Assembly: GCA_012839115.1 (NCBI GenBank)
Contig: DUNX01000094.1
Span: forward strand, 88 to 64,087
Origin: Bacillota bacterium
GTDB taxonomy: Bacteria; Bacillota; UBA4882; UBA10575
DNA length: 64,000 nucleotides
Reading direction: 5' to 3'
The notes under the pieces are model-generated. The model made no database searches. It saw only the letters and a list, made by a program, of their open reading frames with translations, and was not told the origin of the DNA. Of the stretch, positions 36,348-49,263 are shown piece after piece; the first letter of the stretch is position 1; each line of letters starts with the position of its first letter. A program made the translations under genes and the position numbers.

Positions 36348-37844
36348 GTGATTGTGAAAATCCGCCAGTTATCGCAGGTCTTGTTGGCTCCGATTGTCGT
36401 TCTTATTGTCGCCGGTCTTTTGGTTACTATTTTTATCGGTATGCCACGCAGGGACCAGAGCCCTTACATTTATAAAGGGCCCTCCGTGAAGATAAACGGG
36501 GTCAAGGTAAAAGATGATGATTTTAACAAGGTTTATATGGAATTGGTGCGGTTATACGGCCATCGGCAGACTCAGGAGAGCCTCATGAATCAAGCACTGG
36601 AGATCCTAATCAACGAGGAACTGATCAAGCAGATCCTGAAGGAACGCAAGATTGAAGCCGACCGCGAGGAGATTAAGGCCTTTATCACAAGGGTACAGCA
36701 GGTTTATCCAACTGAAGAAGAGTTGGAGATGTACCTTTACCAGGTAGGGGTACAAGACCTGAAAGCATTGGAGGACTTTTACCGCGAGATTTTGCTGCGG
36801 CAAACCCTTTATCTGCAGGTGGCGGAGGAAAGAGGTATTGAAGTACCCGAAGACAAAATCCGCGCGGCGGAAGACCAACTCCGCCAGGTGTACGAAACCA
36901 TCGAGTTTTCTCACATCTTGATCGCCACCGATCCGGAGTTGACGGGAATATCCCGTTCCGACCGGGAGGCTTTGCAAAAGGCCGAGGATATTTATGAACG
37001 GATTATGGCCGGAGAGGACTTTGCCAAGCTGGCGGCGGAGCATTCGGATGACGAGAGCACCGCGGAGTTGGGCGGACGGATAGAAGAGAGAACTATTGCC
37101 TATTTCCGGCAGACCCTGGAGCAGAACTTTATCGAAACCGCCTTGCAACTGGCGGCCGGGGAGGTCAGCAGGCCGGTTAAAACCCGGTATGGTTACCACA
37201 TTATCAGGGTTGAGAACGTGAAATCTGCCAAAGGCGAAGAATGGGAAAAAGAAAAGGAGACTCTCCGCAAGGGATTATTGCTGGACGAGTTGGATGAGAG
37301 CGGGGAGATGAACAACTGGGTGACGGCAGAGCGGGAGAAGGCGGATATCAAGGTCCTGGATCCGGCACTCCGGGGATACCGTTTCAAGCAAGAGGAGAAA
37401 TGGGGGGAGGCGGCTCTGGCTTATGCCAAAGCCCTGAAGGATAAGAGATACCGCCGGAATCTGGAGGTACACCTTTCCGCGGTTGAGGCTTACCGGCAGA
37501 TCGGGGATTATGAGACGGCCCTGGATGTCCTGGCGAAGACCCCGGAAAAGATCCGGAGAGAACCGGATTATGCCTTGGCCAAAGCCCGTGTCTTGCATGC
37601 CCGGGGAACGGTGGACGAGGCGAAAACAACCTTGGCTGCTGCCGTGGAAAAAGCAGGAGAGGACATCAGCGGCCTCAACTATATCCTTATGGTCGCGGAG
37701 GAACTGGAACTGACGGAAGAGGCGGAGGCTTTAAAAGCAAAGCTCGACAAGATCGAGGAGGAAAGAGAAGCGGAACGGCAGGAACTGGAACGGTTGTTCA
37801 TGGAAGAACAGAAGAAATTGGAGGAAGCTGCCGGGGAAAAATAG
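36348..37844 (+). CDS. Membrane-anchored parvulin-type peptidyl-prolyl isomerase (PrsA/SurA-like) with helical C-terminal extension
   Basis: N-terminal TM, SurA-N-like helical region, PpiC domain (FSHILI...GYHIIRV), then TPR-like and E/K-rich coiled-coil tail. RBS AAGGAGGAG. Confidence 0.8.
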   Translation: MIVKIRQLSQVLLAPIVVLIVAGLLVTIFIGMPRRDQSPYIYKGPSVKINGVKVKDDDFNKVYMELVRLYGHRQTQESLMNQALEILINEELIKQILKERKIEADREEIKAFITRVQQVYPTEEELEMYLYQVGVQDLKALEDFYREILLRQTLYLQVAEERGIEVPEDKIRAAEDQLRQVYETIEFSHILIATDPELTGISRSDREALQKAEDIYERIMAGEDFAKLAAEHSDDESTAELGGRIEERTIAYFRQTLEQNFIETALQLAAGEVSRPVKTRYGYHIIRVENVKSAKGEEWEKEKETLRKGLLLDELDESGEMNNWVTAEREKADIKVLDPALRGYRFKQEEKWGEAALAYAKALKDKRYRRNLEVHLSAVEAYRQIGDYETALDVLAKTPEKIRREPDYALAKARVLHARGTVDEAKTTLAAAVEKAGEDISGLNYILMVAEELELTEEAEALKAKLDKIEEEREAERQELERLFMEEQKKLEEAAGEK

Positions 37845-37887
37845 GAATCCCCATGAGTTGCCGGCAGCGGAGTGAGGTTGAGAACGA

Positions 37888-39159
37888 ATGAAGATTACCG
37901 CGCCCCGGGGGACCTTCGATATCCTGCCGGGGGATGCATTACGTTGGCACTGGCTGGAAGCGGCGGTCCGTCGGGTCTTTGGTTACTATGGGTATCAGGA
38001 GATCCGGACACCCGTTTTTGAACACACCGAACTTTTCCAGCGCGGGATTGGGGAAACCACCGATATCGTGGAAAAAGAGATGTATACCTTCACAGATAAA
38101 GGGGAAAGAAGCCTGACCTTGCGCCCGGAAGGGACCGCGCCGGTCGTCCGTTCCTATGTCGAACACAAGCTTTACAGTAAGGGCGGGATAACCAAGCTTT
38201 TCTATATGGGTCCAATGTTTCGCCAGGAACGGCCGCAGGCCGGCAGGTTTCGTCAATTTCACCAGTTCGGGGTGGAGCTTTTTGGGACGGAAAGCCCGTT
38301 GGCTGATGCCGAAGTAATAACCGTCGCGGTGGAGCTCTATAAGGAACTGGGGTTGACCGGTCTGGAAGTTTTGCTTAATTCCATCGGCTGCCCGGCCTGT
38401 CGCGGGGAATACCAGAAGGCGCTTCTTTCCCGGTTGACCCCGCTCAAGGAAGAGTTGTGCGCCAGTTGCCAACAGCGCCTGCATAAAAACCCCATGCGCC
38501 TCCTGGATTGCAAAAACCCCCGTTGCCGGGAGTTAACGGAAGATGTCCCGCCGGTCACGGATTACCTTTGTTCTTCCTGCCGCGGGCACCTGGAGCAAAC
38601 CCTTTCTTCCCTGGACGGGGTGGGGATTGGCTACCGCCTGGAGCCGCGCCTGGTCCGGGGGTTTGATTATTACACGCGCACGGTCTTTGAGGTGATCAAC
38701 ACCGGGCTTGGCGCGCAAAATGCCGTTTGCGGCGGTGGACGCTACGATCATCTGGTGGAAGAGTGCGGCGGCCCCCCCACGCCGGGAGTGGGGTTTGCTT
38801 CCGGTATGGAAAGGCTGCTGTTGACCCTTGAGCAACAGGGGAAATTTGCCGGTTTCTCCTCCGCGCCGCAGGTCTTCCTCATCGCCTTGGATGAAAAATT
38901 GGCGGCCGACGGTTTTGCGCTGGCAACCGGGTTCCGCCGGGAGGGAATAGCTACCGGGTCCTGCCTGGAGGTAAAGAGCCTCAAAGCGCAGTTGCGGGCG
39001 GCCGATAAACTTCAGGCGGAGTTTGTTGTTATTCTGGGTGAGGACGAATGGAAAGACGGCCAGGTTTCGGTGCGGAGGATGGCCGACGGCAAGCAATGGC
39101 GGGTCGACCGTGAAGAGGTGCGCCAGTTTATTAAAGACCTTCTTGGCCGGGAACTTTAA
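37888..39159 (+). CDS. hisS: Histidine--tRNA ligase
   Basis: Class II motifs ([38 protein letters not shown]) and a C-terminal anticodon-binding domain. Confidence 0.95.
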   Translation: MKITAPRGTFDILPGDALRWHWLEAAVRRVFGYYGYQEIRTPVFEHTELFQRGIGETTDIVEKEMYTFTDKGERSLTLRPEGTAPVVRSYVEHKLYSKGGITKLFYMGPMFRQERPQAGRFRQFHQFGVELFGTESPLADAEVITVAVELYKELGLTGLEVLLNSIGCPACRGEYQKALLSRLTPLKEELCASCQQRLHKNPMRLLDCKNPRCRELTEDVPPVTDYLCSSCRGHLEQTLSSLDGVGIGYRLEPRLVRGFDYYTRTVFEVINTGLGAQNAVCGGGRYDHLVEECGGPPTPGVGFASGMERLLLTLEQQGKFAGFSSAPQVFLIALDEKLAADGFALATGFRREGIATGSCLEVKSLKAQLRAADKLQAEFVVILGEDEWKDGQVSVRRMADGKQWRVDREEVRQFIKDLLGREL

Positions 39160-39215
39160 AGACCGTTCTTCCGGGCGGTTTTTTTCCGGGCGGGAGCAGG
39201 AAAGGGGAAGTCTTC

Positions 39216-40997
39216 TTGTTTGAGTGGAAAAGAACACATTACTGCGGCAAGTTACGTCCTGAAGATGCCGGTGTAACCGTCTGTCTCAACGGGTGGGTCC
39301 ACCGTTGGCGGGACCACGGGGGGGTGCTCTTTGTTGATCTCCGGGATTCCACCGGCCTGGTACAGGTGGTTTTCAACCCGGAAAGCAATAAGGACCTCTT
39401 TCAACAGGCGGAAACGCTCCGGAACGAGTATGTGATTGCGGTCCGGGGACGGCTGGAAAAACGGCCAGAAGAGACAGTCAACCCTAACCTGCCCACCGGC
39501 GAGGTGGAAGTGATCGGGCAGGAGCTTGTAATTTTAAACAAGGCCAAAACCCCGCCTTTACAGATTGACGACCGGATAACAGTGGATGAAGCCCTCCGCT
39601 TGCGCTACCGTTACCTTGATCTGCGCCGTCCGGAGATGCAAACATATCTTGCAACCCGGCACCGTATGGCCAAATTGACCCGGGATTTCCTGGACCAAAA
39701 GGGTTTTTTGGAGATCGAGACACCGATGCTGACCAGAAGTACACCAGAGGGCGCGCGGGACTTTTTGACCCCCAGCAGGCTCAATCCGGGGAGTTTTTAT
39801 GCTCTTCCCCAGTCGCCGCAGCTTTTTAAACAGATTCTGATGGTCGCCGGGGTAGAAAAGTACTTCCAAATTGCCCGGTGTTTCCGGGACGAGGATCTCC
39901 GTGCCGACCGGCAACCGGAGTTTACCCAGATCGACCTGGAGATGGCCTTTGTTGACCGGGAAGAGATCTTTGCGCTTATGGAAGAATTGGTGCAGGTGCT
40001 TTTTAAAGAGTTGACCGGGTTCGAACCGGACAGGCCTTTTCCCCGCCTGAGTTATCATGAGGCGGTCCGCCGGTTTGGCACGGACAAACCGGATACCAGG
40101 TTTGGGATGGAGCTGACGGACTTTTCCGATCAGGTGCAGGAGGCAGAATTCTCCGTCTTCCGGCAAGTTGTGGCCGGCGGCGGCTCGGTTATTGGCATTA
40201 CCGCCCCGGGTTGCGGCAATTATTCCCGCCGTGAACTGGATGAGCTTCCCCGGTTGGCGGCGGATTTCGGCGCCCGCGGCCTTGTCTACCTGGCCTTGAC
40301 CAGCGAAGGGATCAAATCGCCGGTGGCCAAGTTCTTCACCCCCGGGCAGTTGGACGCCATCTGTCAACGGGCGCAGGCCCGGGAAGACGACCTGATCATG
40401 ATGGTTGCCGACGAAACAGAGAAGGCCCGGGAGATTCTGGGTGGGTTGCGGCTGGAGTTTGCCCGGCGGCTGAACCTGATTCCCCAGGGGCGCCATGACT
40501 TCTTGTGGGTGGTGGATTTTCCCCTGTTTGAGCTGGATAAGGAGACCCGCCGGATCGAGTCGATGCATAATCCTTTTGCCGCTCCCCTGCCGGAGGACCG
40601 CGCTTTGCTTGAGAGTGAACCGTTGAAAGTCCGGGGTAACTCCTATGATCTGGTCCTGGACGGGGTGGAACTCGGCAGCGGCAGCATCCGCATGCACGAA
40701 CGGGAACTCCAGGAGAAGGTCTTTGCGATCCTGGGGATTTCGCCGGAGGAATCCCGGGAGAAATTTGGCTTTCTGCTCAATGCTTTTGCGTACGGGGCTC
40801 CGCCCCACGGGGGGATTGCCTTGGGCATGGACCGGCTGGTCATGATTCTGACCGGGGCGGAGAGCATGCGGGATGTGATTGCCTTCCCCAAGACCGCTAC
40901 AGGCGCTTGCCTGTTGACCGGGGCGCCGGCAGAGGTTGAACCCGGCCAGTTGCAGGAGTTATCCATTGTGAGCCTGGCGGGGAAGGATAAAGAATAA
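39216..40997 (+). CDS. aspS: Aspartate--tRNA ligase
   Basis: OB-fold N-terminus ([19 protein letters not shown]), [26 protein letters not shown] and GGIALGMDR motifs. Confidence 0.95.
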   Translation: MFEWKRTHYCGKLRPEDAGVTVCLNGWVHRWRDHGGVLFVDLRDSTGLVQVVFNPESNKDLFQQAETLRNEYVIAVRGRLEKRPEETVNPNLPTGEVEVIGQELVILNKAKTPPLQIDDRITVDEALRLRYRYLDLRRPEMQTYLATRHRMAKLTRDFLDQKGFLEIETPMLTRSTPEGARDFLTPSRLNPGSFYALPQSPQLFKQILMVAGVEKYFQIARCFRDEDLRADRQPEFTQIDLEMAFVDREEIFALMEELVQVLFKELTGFEPDRPFPRLSYHEAVRRFGTDKPDTRFGMELTDFSDQVQEAEFSVFRQVVAGGGSVIGITAPGCGNYSRRELDELPRLAADFGARGLVYLALTSEGIKSPVAKFFTPGQLDAICQRAQAREDDLIMMVADETEKAREILGGLRLEFARRLNLIPQGRHDFLWVVDFPLFELDKETRRIESMHNPFAAPLPEDRALLESEPLKVRGNSYDLVLDGVELGSGSIRMHERELQEKVFAILGISPEESREKFGFLLNAFAYGAPPHGGIALGMDRLVMILTGAESMRDVIAFPKTATGACLLTGAPAEVEPGQLQELSIVSLAGKDKE

Positions 40998-41033
40998 GGC
41001 CGGAAGAAGATTTTCACATCAGCCATTAGGCTC

Positions 41034-41063
41034 TTGCGCGGACCGGCTTACTTATGATATTAT
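41034..41063 (+). promoter_or_regulatory. Candidate sigma-A promoter for 6S RNA
   Basis: TTGCGC (41034-41039), 18-bp spacer, extended -10 TGaTATTAT (41055-41063). Confidence 0.5.
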
Positions 41064-41069
41064 TATACC

Positions 41070-41255
41070 AGAAGCGATACCCTGCCGTGTGCGTGGTGAA
41101 GCTGAAGTTATGAACCAACACCATTACCTGGGGAGCCGGACTCTGTTAGCGGCATGTAAGCCTTCGTGGTAAGGACACATAAAGCGAACAGGAGGCGCCC
41201 ACCTGCAAGAGCGGGTTCAGGTAACATTCAGCGATAGCGCCATGGCGGGGTTTTT
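41070..41255 (+). ncRNA. ssrS: 6S RNA
   Basis: About 185-nt non-coding segment directly after aspS (as for B. subtilis 6S-1) and directly before the 5-formyl-THF cyclo-ligase gene (as for E. coli ssrS-ygfA). The 5' arm ACCCTGCCGTG (41079-41089) pairs with the 3' arm CATGGCGGGGT (41241-41251) to form the closing stem. Ends in T5. Internal sequence is compatible with a large central bubble. Confidence 0.7.
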
Positions 41256-41302
41256 GTATCTCTGTTTACAGGGAGTTTTTTCCGGAGGGGGCAGGGACGA
41301 AA

Positions 41303-41911
41303 TTGAACACCGGCGAGGAGAAAAAGCGGGTACGCTGGGAATACCGGCGGCGCCTGGCTGCGCTTGACCGTGAGGAGATTGTGCAAAAGAGCGCTTTAAT
41401 TACAGCCAGGGCTCTGGCGCTGCCGCAGTTGCAGACAGCGGAGACGGTGGGGGCGTACGCGTCCATCGGTAACGAAGTGGCTACGGGGAACCTCATTGCC
41501 TCGTTACTTTCTGCAGGGAAAGACCTGGTCTTGCCGGTGGTAAAGGGAGACGGGATCATGGAATTCCGGGCGGTTACGGATCCGGCCCGCTTAACCCCGG
41601 GGGTTTTCGGGATCCCGGAGCCGCGGTCGGGGGAACTCTGTCCCCCGGAAAAGATTGATTTTCTTTTCGTCCCCGGCCTGGCTTTTGACCGTCACGGCGG
41701 ACGGTTGGGACGGGGAAAAGGTTATTACGACCGCTACCTGGCTCGTGCCGGCGCGCTCCGCCCGGATCTGACCAAAGCCGGTCTGGCCTTCTCCGGGCAA
41801 CTGGCGGCGGCCGTCCCCCTGGACGACCGGGATCTCCTCATGGATCTGATTGTTACGGAAGAAGAGGTTATTATTTGTCACGGAGATCCGCGTAAAGATC
41901 CGGAAGAATGA
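41303..41911 (+). CDS. 5-formyltetrahydrofolate cyclo-ligase
   Basis: 202 aa. C-terminal GRLGRGKGYYDRYL motif characteristic of MTHFS. Confidence 0.85.
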   Translation: MNTGEEKKRVRWEYRRRLAALDREEIVQKSALITARALALPQLQTAETVGAYASIGNEVATGNLIASLLSAGKDLVLPVVKGDGIMEFRAVTDPARLTPGVFGIPEPRSGELCPPEKIDFLFVPGLAFDRHGGRLGRGKGYYDRYLARAGALRPDLTKAGLAFSGQLAAAVPLDDRDLLMDLIVTEEEVIICHGDPRKDPEE

Positions 41912-42080
41912 GAGACGAGTGACGGGGTCCGGGATGTAAGGGCCCCGGATGTACTGATACGGGACGTACGGATCCATGGCATACAGACCCGTGATTAGGA
42001 ACCTGGGGATGTACGGATCTGTGATGTAGGGACCCGGGATCCGGGGAACCGGGTTGCACGGATCCCGGATGTACAAGCCA
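41912..42080. repeat. GGATGTA(A/C)-type word array (5-6 copies with related CGGGAT / GTACGG words)
   Basis: CCGGGATGTAAGG, CCGGATGTACTG, GGGACGTACGG, GGGGATGTACGG, GTGATGTAGGG and CCGGATGTACAAG, read across the spacer. Confidence 0.8.
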
Positions 42081-42105
42081 AGGGAAAGAGAATGGGGGGG
42101 AGAAG

Positions 42106-42999
42106 ATGCGGCTGGGAACTTTTGCCGATTACCGGGGAAGGGTTTTTCCCGGAATCTGCCTGGGTGATGAAGTCTTTGACCTTTCTCAGGGTTTGGCGGA
42201 GGTGTGCCCGGAGGAAGGATTCCCGGATTTAAAAACCCTGCTGGCAACAGAAGGCGGGCTCGGACACGCCGGACGCTTCCAGAGCCTGTTGGCAGCCGGT
42301 GAAAGAACCGGGCTGTCCTACCCCTTGCAGGAACTACGGGTCCTGGCGCCGGTCCTCAATCCGGCGAAGATTATTTGTATCGGCCTTAATTACCTGGATC
42401 ACGCCTTGGAATCCGGGGCGCCGGTCCCGGAAGAACCGGTGATTTTTACTAAGTTTGCCACAGCCATTATTGGCCCGGAGGCGCCCATTATTTTGCCGCC
42501 CGTCACCAAAGAAGTGGATTATGAGGCGGAACTGGCGGTGGTTATCGGCAAGAAAGGGAAGAATGTGCCGGAGAAAGAAGCCATGGAGTATGTGGCCGGG
42601 TATACGGTTTTTAATGACGTCAGCGCGCGGGATCTCCAGTTTCGCGACGGGCAATGGACCAAAGGCAAAACCCTGGACACTTTTGCCCCCATGGGTCCTT
42701 ATCTGGTTACCGCGGATGAGGTCGGCGACCCCCACCGGTTGGCGATCAAGCTCTGGCTTAACGACCGGTTGATGCAGGATTCTTCCACAGAAAAACTGAT
42801 CTTTAAAATCCCTGTTCTGATCAGCTTCTTATCCCAACTTTTCACTTTGGAACCGGGTGATATCATCGCTACCGGAACCCCGCCCGGGGTGGGCTTTGCC
42901 CGGAAACCCCCGGTTTACCTTAAACCCGGTGATACGGTACGGATCACCATCGAAAAAATCGGGACCCTTGTCAACCCCGTTGCCACCCCCAAAAGATGA
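42106..42999 (+). CDS. Fumarylacetoacetate hydrolase (FAH) family protein
   Basis: 297 aa. FAH-fold C-terminal domain with the metal-binding pattern EAELAVVIG...FNDVSARD...KGKTLD and PGDIIATGTPPGVG. Confidence 0.88.
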   Translation: MRLGTFADYRGRVFPGICLGDEVFDLSQGLAEVCPEEGFPDLKTLLATEGGLGHAGRFQSLLAAGERTGLSYPLQELRVLAPVLNPAKIICIGLNYLDHALESGAPVPEEPVIFTKFATAIIGPEAPIILPPVTKEVDYEAELAVVIGKKGKNVPEKEAMEYVAGYTVFNDVSARDLQFRDGQWTKGKTLDTFAPMGPYLVTADEVGDPHRLAIKLWLNDRLMQDSSTEKLIFKIPVLISFLSQLFTLEPGDIIATGTPPGVGFARKPPVYLKPGDTVRITIEKIGTLVNPVATPKR

Positions 43000-43306
43000 G
43001 ACTGGATAAAAGTCACCCTCCGTAGAATACCCTTCTTCCCGGGAGATTTCACCAAGGATGGGGGAATTGCCAGGATAAGGAAGTAAAGGCCCGGATTTAC
43101 TGCGCTTAGGAGAAAAGCCGGAGAAGAAGTGTGGTTGTTTCCATGGGGGGCAAGTGATATAATAGCAGAAGTAAGATCCATGCGCAACGGGCGCGGAAAC
43201 CCCCGCTCTTTTTTTGCGTTATGAAAAGCAGGGTCAACAAGGTCGAAAAGAAGAAATTTTCACCGCGCGCGAGTCTGCCTATAGAGAGTTTGGACAGGAA
43301 GAAGGG

Positions 43307-45958
<2,652 letters not shown>

Positions 45959-46035
45959 TTTCCCAATAAATGCGGGAAACGGTGCGAAACGCGGCCAAGG
46001 GCATACCGCGTTGAGCGGACAAAGGAGTGAGTTTA

Positions 46036-47149
46036 TTGGTAGAGCCTGCAGAATTAAAGGCAAAAATCATTGCGGCCATGAAACGCTTGGGAGAAATGAG
46101 GGAGTATCTTTGACCTTGAGGCCAAAGAAGAACGGATAAAAACCTTAACCGGGAAGACCGTGGCGCCGGATTTCTGGACGGACCAGGCTGCCGCCCAGGA
46201 GACCCTGAGAGAACTGAATTCCTTAAGGGAAACGGTGGACAAACTTACCCGGCTGGAGAAGGATTTTCAGGATCTCCAGGAGTTGCTGGAATTGGCCTTG
46301 GAAAGCGGTGAAGAGGAGGTGCTCGAGGAGATCGAGGAAGGTTTGGCCGGAGCCCTCCCGGCCTTGGAAGAATTGGAACTTACCACCCTTCTGGAGGGGG
46401 AGTTTGACCACTGCAACGTCTATCTCTCGATCCACCCCGGCGCGGGTGGTACCGAGTCCCAGGACTGGGCGGGGATGCTACTGAGGATGTATACCCGGTG
46501 GACGGAGAAAAAAGGTTATAAAGTTGATCTGATCGAACTCCTTCCCGGTGATGAAGCGGGGATTAAAAGCGCAACCCTGTATATCCAGGGAACAAATGCC
46601 TTTGGGTATCTGCGCGGGGAGAAGGGGGTGCACCGGTTGGTCAGGATTTCTCCTTTTGACGCTTCCGGGCGCCGGCACACCTCTTTTGTTTCGATTGATA
46701 TCCTTCCGGAACTAAGTGATGATTTGACCGTCGAGATCCGGCCGGAAGAGATCAAAACGGACACCTTCCGGGCGGGCGGCGCCGGGGGGCAGCATGTGAA
46801 TAAGACCGAATCGGCGGTGCGCTTAACCCACCTGCCTACAGGGATCGTTGTTACCTGCCAGAACGAACGTTCACAACACCAGAACCGGGAGATGGCCATG
46901 AAGCTGCTCAAGGCCAAGCTGGCCGAGGAACAACGCAGGCAACAGGCGGAGAAGTTGGACCAGATTAAGGGGGAACAGACGGAGATCGCCTGGGGAAACC
47001 AGATCCGGTCCTATGTCTTTTGCCCTTATACCATGGTCAAAGACCACCGGACAGAGAAGGAAACCGGAAATATCCAGGCGGTAATGGACGGCGACTTGGA
47101 CCCGTTTATTGAGGCGTTTTTGCGTTCGCCGTATAACAAGGCCAATTAA
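46036..47149 (+). CDS. prfB: Peptide chain release factor 2 (requires programmed +1 frameshift at 46108-46114)
   Basis: ORF0 (TTG 46036 ... TAT CTT TGA at 46105-46113) encodes [25 protein letters not shown]. Skipping T46111 continues in the frame of the 46160-47149 ORF ([10 protein letters not shown]...). SPF and GGQ ([16 protein letters not shown]) motifs are present. Confidence 0.92.
46099..46114 (+). promoter_or_regulatory. prfB autoregulatory +1 frameshift site (SD-like AGGGAG + TAT CTT TGA C)
   Basis: Matches the canonical bacterial RF2 recoding cassette: internal Shine-Dalgarno 3 nt upstream of slippery CUU, then UGA-C. Confidence 0.88.
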
Positions 47150-47283
47150 GATAACGGCGTGCGTGCGCCCGTAGAACCGGGCGGATGACGTGTGGCGGCG
47201 TGCGCGCAGGAGCGGGTAATAAATTTGGGGCGTGCGGCGTAGAAACAGGTGATAAATTTATGGTGCGCGGCACAGAAACGGAG
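47148..47283. repeat. About four degenerate ~33-bp units (..ATAA..GGCGTGCG..GTAGAAAC..)
   Basis: TAATAAATTTGGGGCGTGCGGCGTAGAAACAGG (47217-47249) and TGATAAATTTATGGTGCGCGGCACAGAAACGGA (47250-47282), plus two more diverged units upstream. Confidence 0.7.
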
Positions 47284-47292
47284 TGAGGCAGA

Positions 47293-48006
47293 TTGCCGTT
47301 CTTAAAAAAATGGGCCAGGCTGGTTCTCATCTGCAGCCTGCTGGTAATAGCCATAATCCTTTTTTCCGGCGTGACCCTTTTCAACCACTACCTGGAGAAG
47401 GAGTTTACGCAAACGATCACGAGAGAGACCAAAATAGCGGAGGATATAGATTGGCATCTGGCGCCGTTGGGCTTATTTGATCTGATCCGGGGGCGAACAA
47501 GGGATCTTCAATTTTCCGCCGGCCGCTTGGCTTTTCAGGACGGACCGGTCCTTGAGGATTTTACTCTCAAGAGCCGGGGTATTCAGTTGAACCGGAATGC
47601 CTTCTTGTTTGAGGGGAAGATCGAGGTTCAGAAATTGGCCGAAACGGAATTGACCTTCCGGATCGCCGAAACGGAATTGACCTCCTTTTTGCAGGATGAG
47701 TGGCCGGAATTCGTTCCTTCCGTAGAGTTATCGCCCGGGGCCGTCAGGATCGAAGGAATAGTCAAGGAGCCGCTTTTAAAAGAGGAATTACCCTTTACCG
47801 CTTCCGTCCGCCTGGAACAGGCCTCCGGTAACAGTTTACGCCTAACCCCTGTCAACATTAAGATCGGTGATTTTGAGGTGCCGCCCGGGGTATTTGCGAA
47901 AGAGATCTTGAACTGGCAGTTTCCCCTGGAACTGCCCTGGCCTTTAATGATCAAAGATTTCCAGGTGGAAGAGGGGTTTTTGCGCATGCAATGGCGGGAG
48001 AAATAA
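47293..48006 (+). CDS. Membrane-anchored hypothetical protein, DUF2993 / LmeA-like (tentative)
   Basis: 237 aa. N-terminal TM, then beta-rich repeats with the pattern seen in DUF2993 proteins. Family assignment is from memory only. Confidence 0.5.
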   Translation: MPFLKKWARLVLICSLLVIAIILFSGVTLFNHYLEKEFTQTITRETKIAEDIDWHLAPLGLFDLIRGRTRDLQFSAGRLAFQDGPVLEDFTLKSRGIQLNRNAFLFEGKIEVQKLAETELTFRIAETELTSFLQDEWPEFVPSVELSPGAVRIEGIVKEPLLKEELPFTASVRLEQASGNSLRLTPVNIKIGDFEVPPGVFAKEILNWQFPLELPWPLMIKDFQVEEGFLRMQWREK

Positions 48007-48051
48007 AACGGCAAAGAGTGTACCGGCCCCTGGTTTGAGGAGGGAGAGAAG

Positions 48052-49263
48052 ATGAGGTATTTCGTTTCCGCCGGGGATCACTCCGGGGATATGCATGGTG
48101 CAACTTTGGTCCGGGAGATCAGAAAACTTGACCCGGGGGCGGAGTTCTACGGGATGGGCGGACCGCTGCTGGCCGGGGCGGGAGTTAAGATTTCCTTTGA
48201 TCCCACCCGGTACAGTACGATTGGTTTTTTGGAGGCAGCCGGCCAATATTTTCGTTTTCGCCGTTTACTCCGGGTTTTTACCCGCCTATTAACGGAAAAC
48301 CGGCCCGACGTTTTGCTCTGGATTGATTTTGGCGGCTTTAACCTGGCCTTGGCAGAGCAGGCACGGAAACTATCCATTCCGGTCGTCTGCCTTTTTGCCC
48401 CTTCCGCCTGGGCCTACGGGAAAAAAAGGGCCGTCCGGATGAGGAATTGTGTCTCGCATTTGGCCGCGGTCATGGGGTTCGAAGCCGATTTTTTCCGCAG
48501 TTTCGGGCTGAAAGTGACCTATACCGGCCATCCCCTGCTCGATAGAGTTGAGGGCGTTCTTCCCCGGGAACAATGGCGGAAGACCCGGGGGATTGGGGAT
48601 GAAGAAACCGTTGTGGTTTTAATGCCGGGAAGCCGCAGGCAAGAGGTGGAGGCTTTGCTCCCGGTGATGCTGGCGGCGGCAAAAAAACTTGCCGGCGAAG
48701 ACCCGGAGGCGGGCAAAAAAATCCGGTTCTTTTTGCCCCTGGCGCCGACGATCGAGAAATGGCGGTTAAATGCTTTACTGGCGAATTTCCCGGAGGTCAC
48801 CGTGGTCAATGAAGATATCTATCCTTTGCTGGCCGGGGCCGACCTTGGCGTGATTACTTCCGGTACCGCCACTTTGGAAGCGGCGCTCCTGGGGTTGCCG
48901 GCGGTTGTCGTTTACCGCCTTTCCCCCATTACGGTCTTTATCTTCCGGCGGTGGCTACGGAATAAGGAGGAGAAGAACAGGGAATTATTGGTTGCCCTCC
49001 CGAACCTGATTGCCGGGAGGAAAGTCATCCCCGAGCTTATCCAGGAAGACCTGACCCCGGAAAACCTGAAAAACGAGATGGCAAAGTTATTATGGGACGA
49101 AAAGGCCCGGGCGGAGATCAAGGCGGAATACACAAAGCTCCAGGGCCAACTGGGTCCGCCCGGGGTGATGGCCAGAGTCGCCCGGATCGTTATGGCGGAA
49201 GCCCAGGCCCGCCCCAGTCCTAAAGCAGGGCAAGATACACAAGAGAATGAACATGCCCAATAG
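48052..49263 (+). CDS. lpxB: Lipid-A-disaccharide synthase homologue (GT19, LpxB-like)
   Basis: 403 aa. Alignable by eye with E. coli LpxB along its length: SAGDHSGDMHG (cf. AGETSGD), APSAWAYGKKR (cf. SPSVWAWRQKR), LMPGSRRQEVE (cf. LLPGSRGAEVE), LPNLIAGRKVIPELIQ (cf. LPNLLAGRELVKELLQ). Confidence 0.85.
   Translation: MRYFVSAGDHSGDMHGATLVREIRKLDPGAEFYGMGGPLLAGAGVKISFDPTRYSTIGFLEAAGQYFRFRRLLRVFTRLLTENRPDVLLWIDFGGFNLALAEQARKLSIPVVCLFAPSAWAYGKKRAVRMRNCVSHLAAVMGFEADFFRSFGLKVTYTGHPLLDRVEGVLPREQWRKTRGIGDEETVVVLMPGSRRQEVEALLPVMLAAAKKLAGEDPEAGKKIRFFLPLAPTIEKWRLNALLANFPEVTVVNEDIYPLLAGADLGVITSGTATLEAALLGLPAVVVYRLSPITVFIFRRWLRNKEEKNRELLVALPNLIAGRKVIPELIQEDLTPENLKNEMAKLLWDEKARAEIKAEYTKLQGQLGPPGVMARVARIVMAEAQARPSPKAGQDTQENEHAQ

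Noticed and set aside
37845-37887. Expected T-box leader upstream of hisS-aspS
   Set aside because: Only 43 nt separate the PpiC-type gene from hisS, and no T-box sequence is present. hisS-aspS appears to be read through from upstream in this organism.
39558-40808. 416-aa minus-strand ORF inside aspS
   Set aside because: Antisense shadow of aspS. Same compositional artefact.
43158-43215. Short transcript / attenuator upstream of secA (TGaTATAAT at 43155-43163 followed by GCGG..CCGC + T7)
   Set aside because: The stem is only about 4 bp and I could not draw a convincing terminator or alternative structure. It may simply be the secA promoter plus a T-run.
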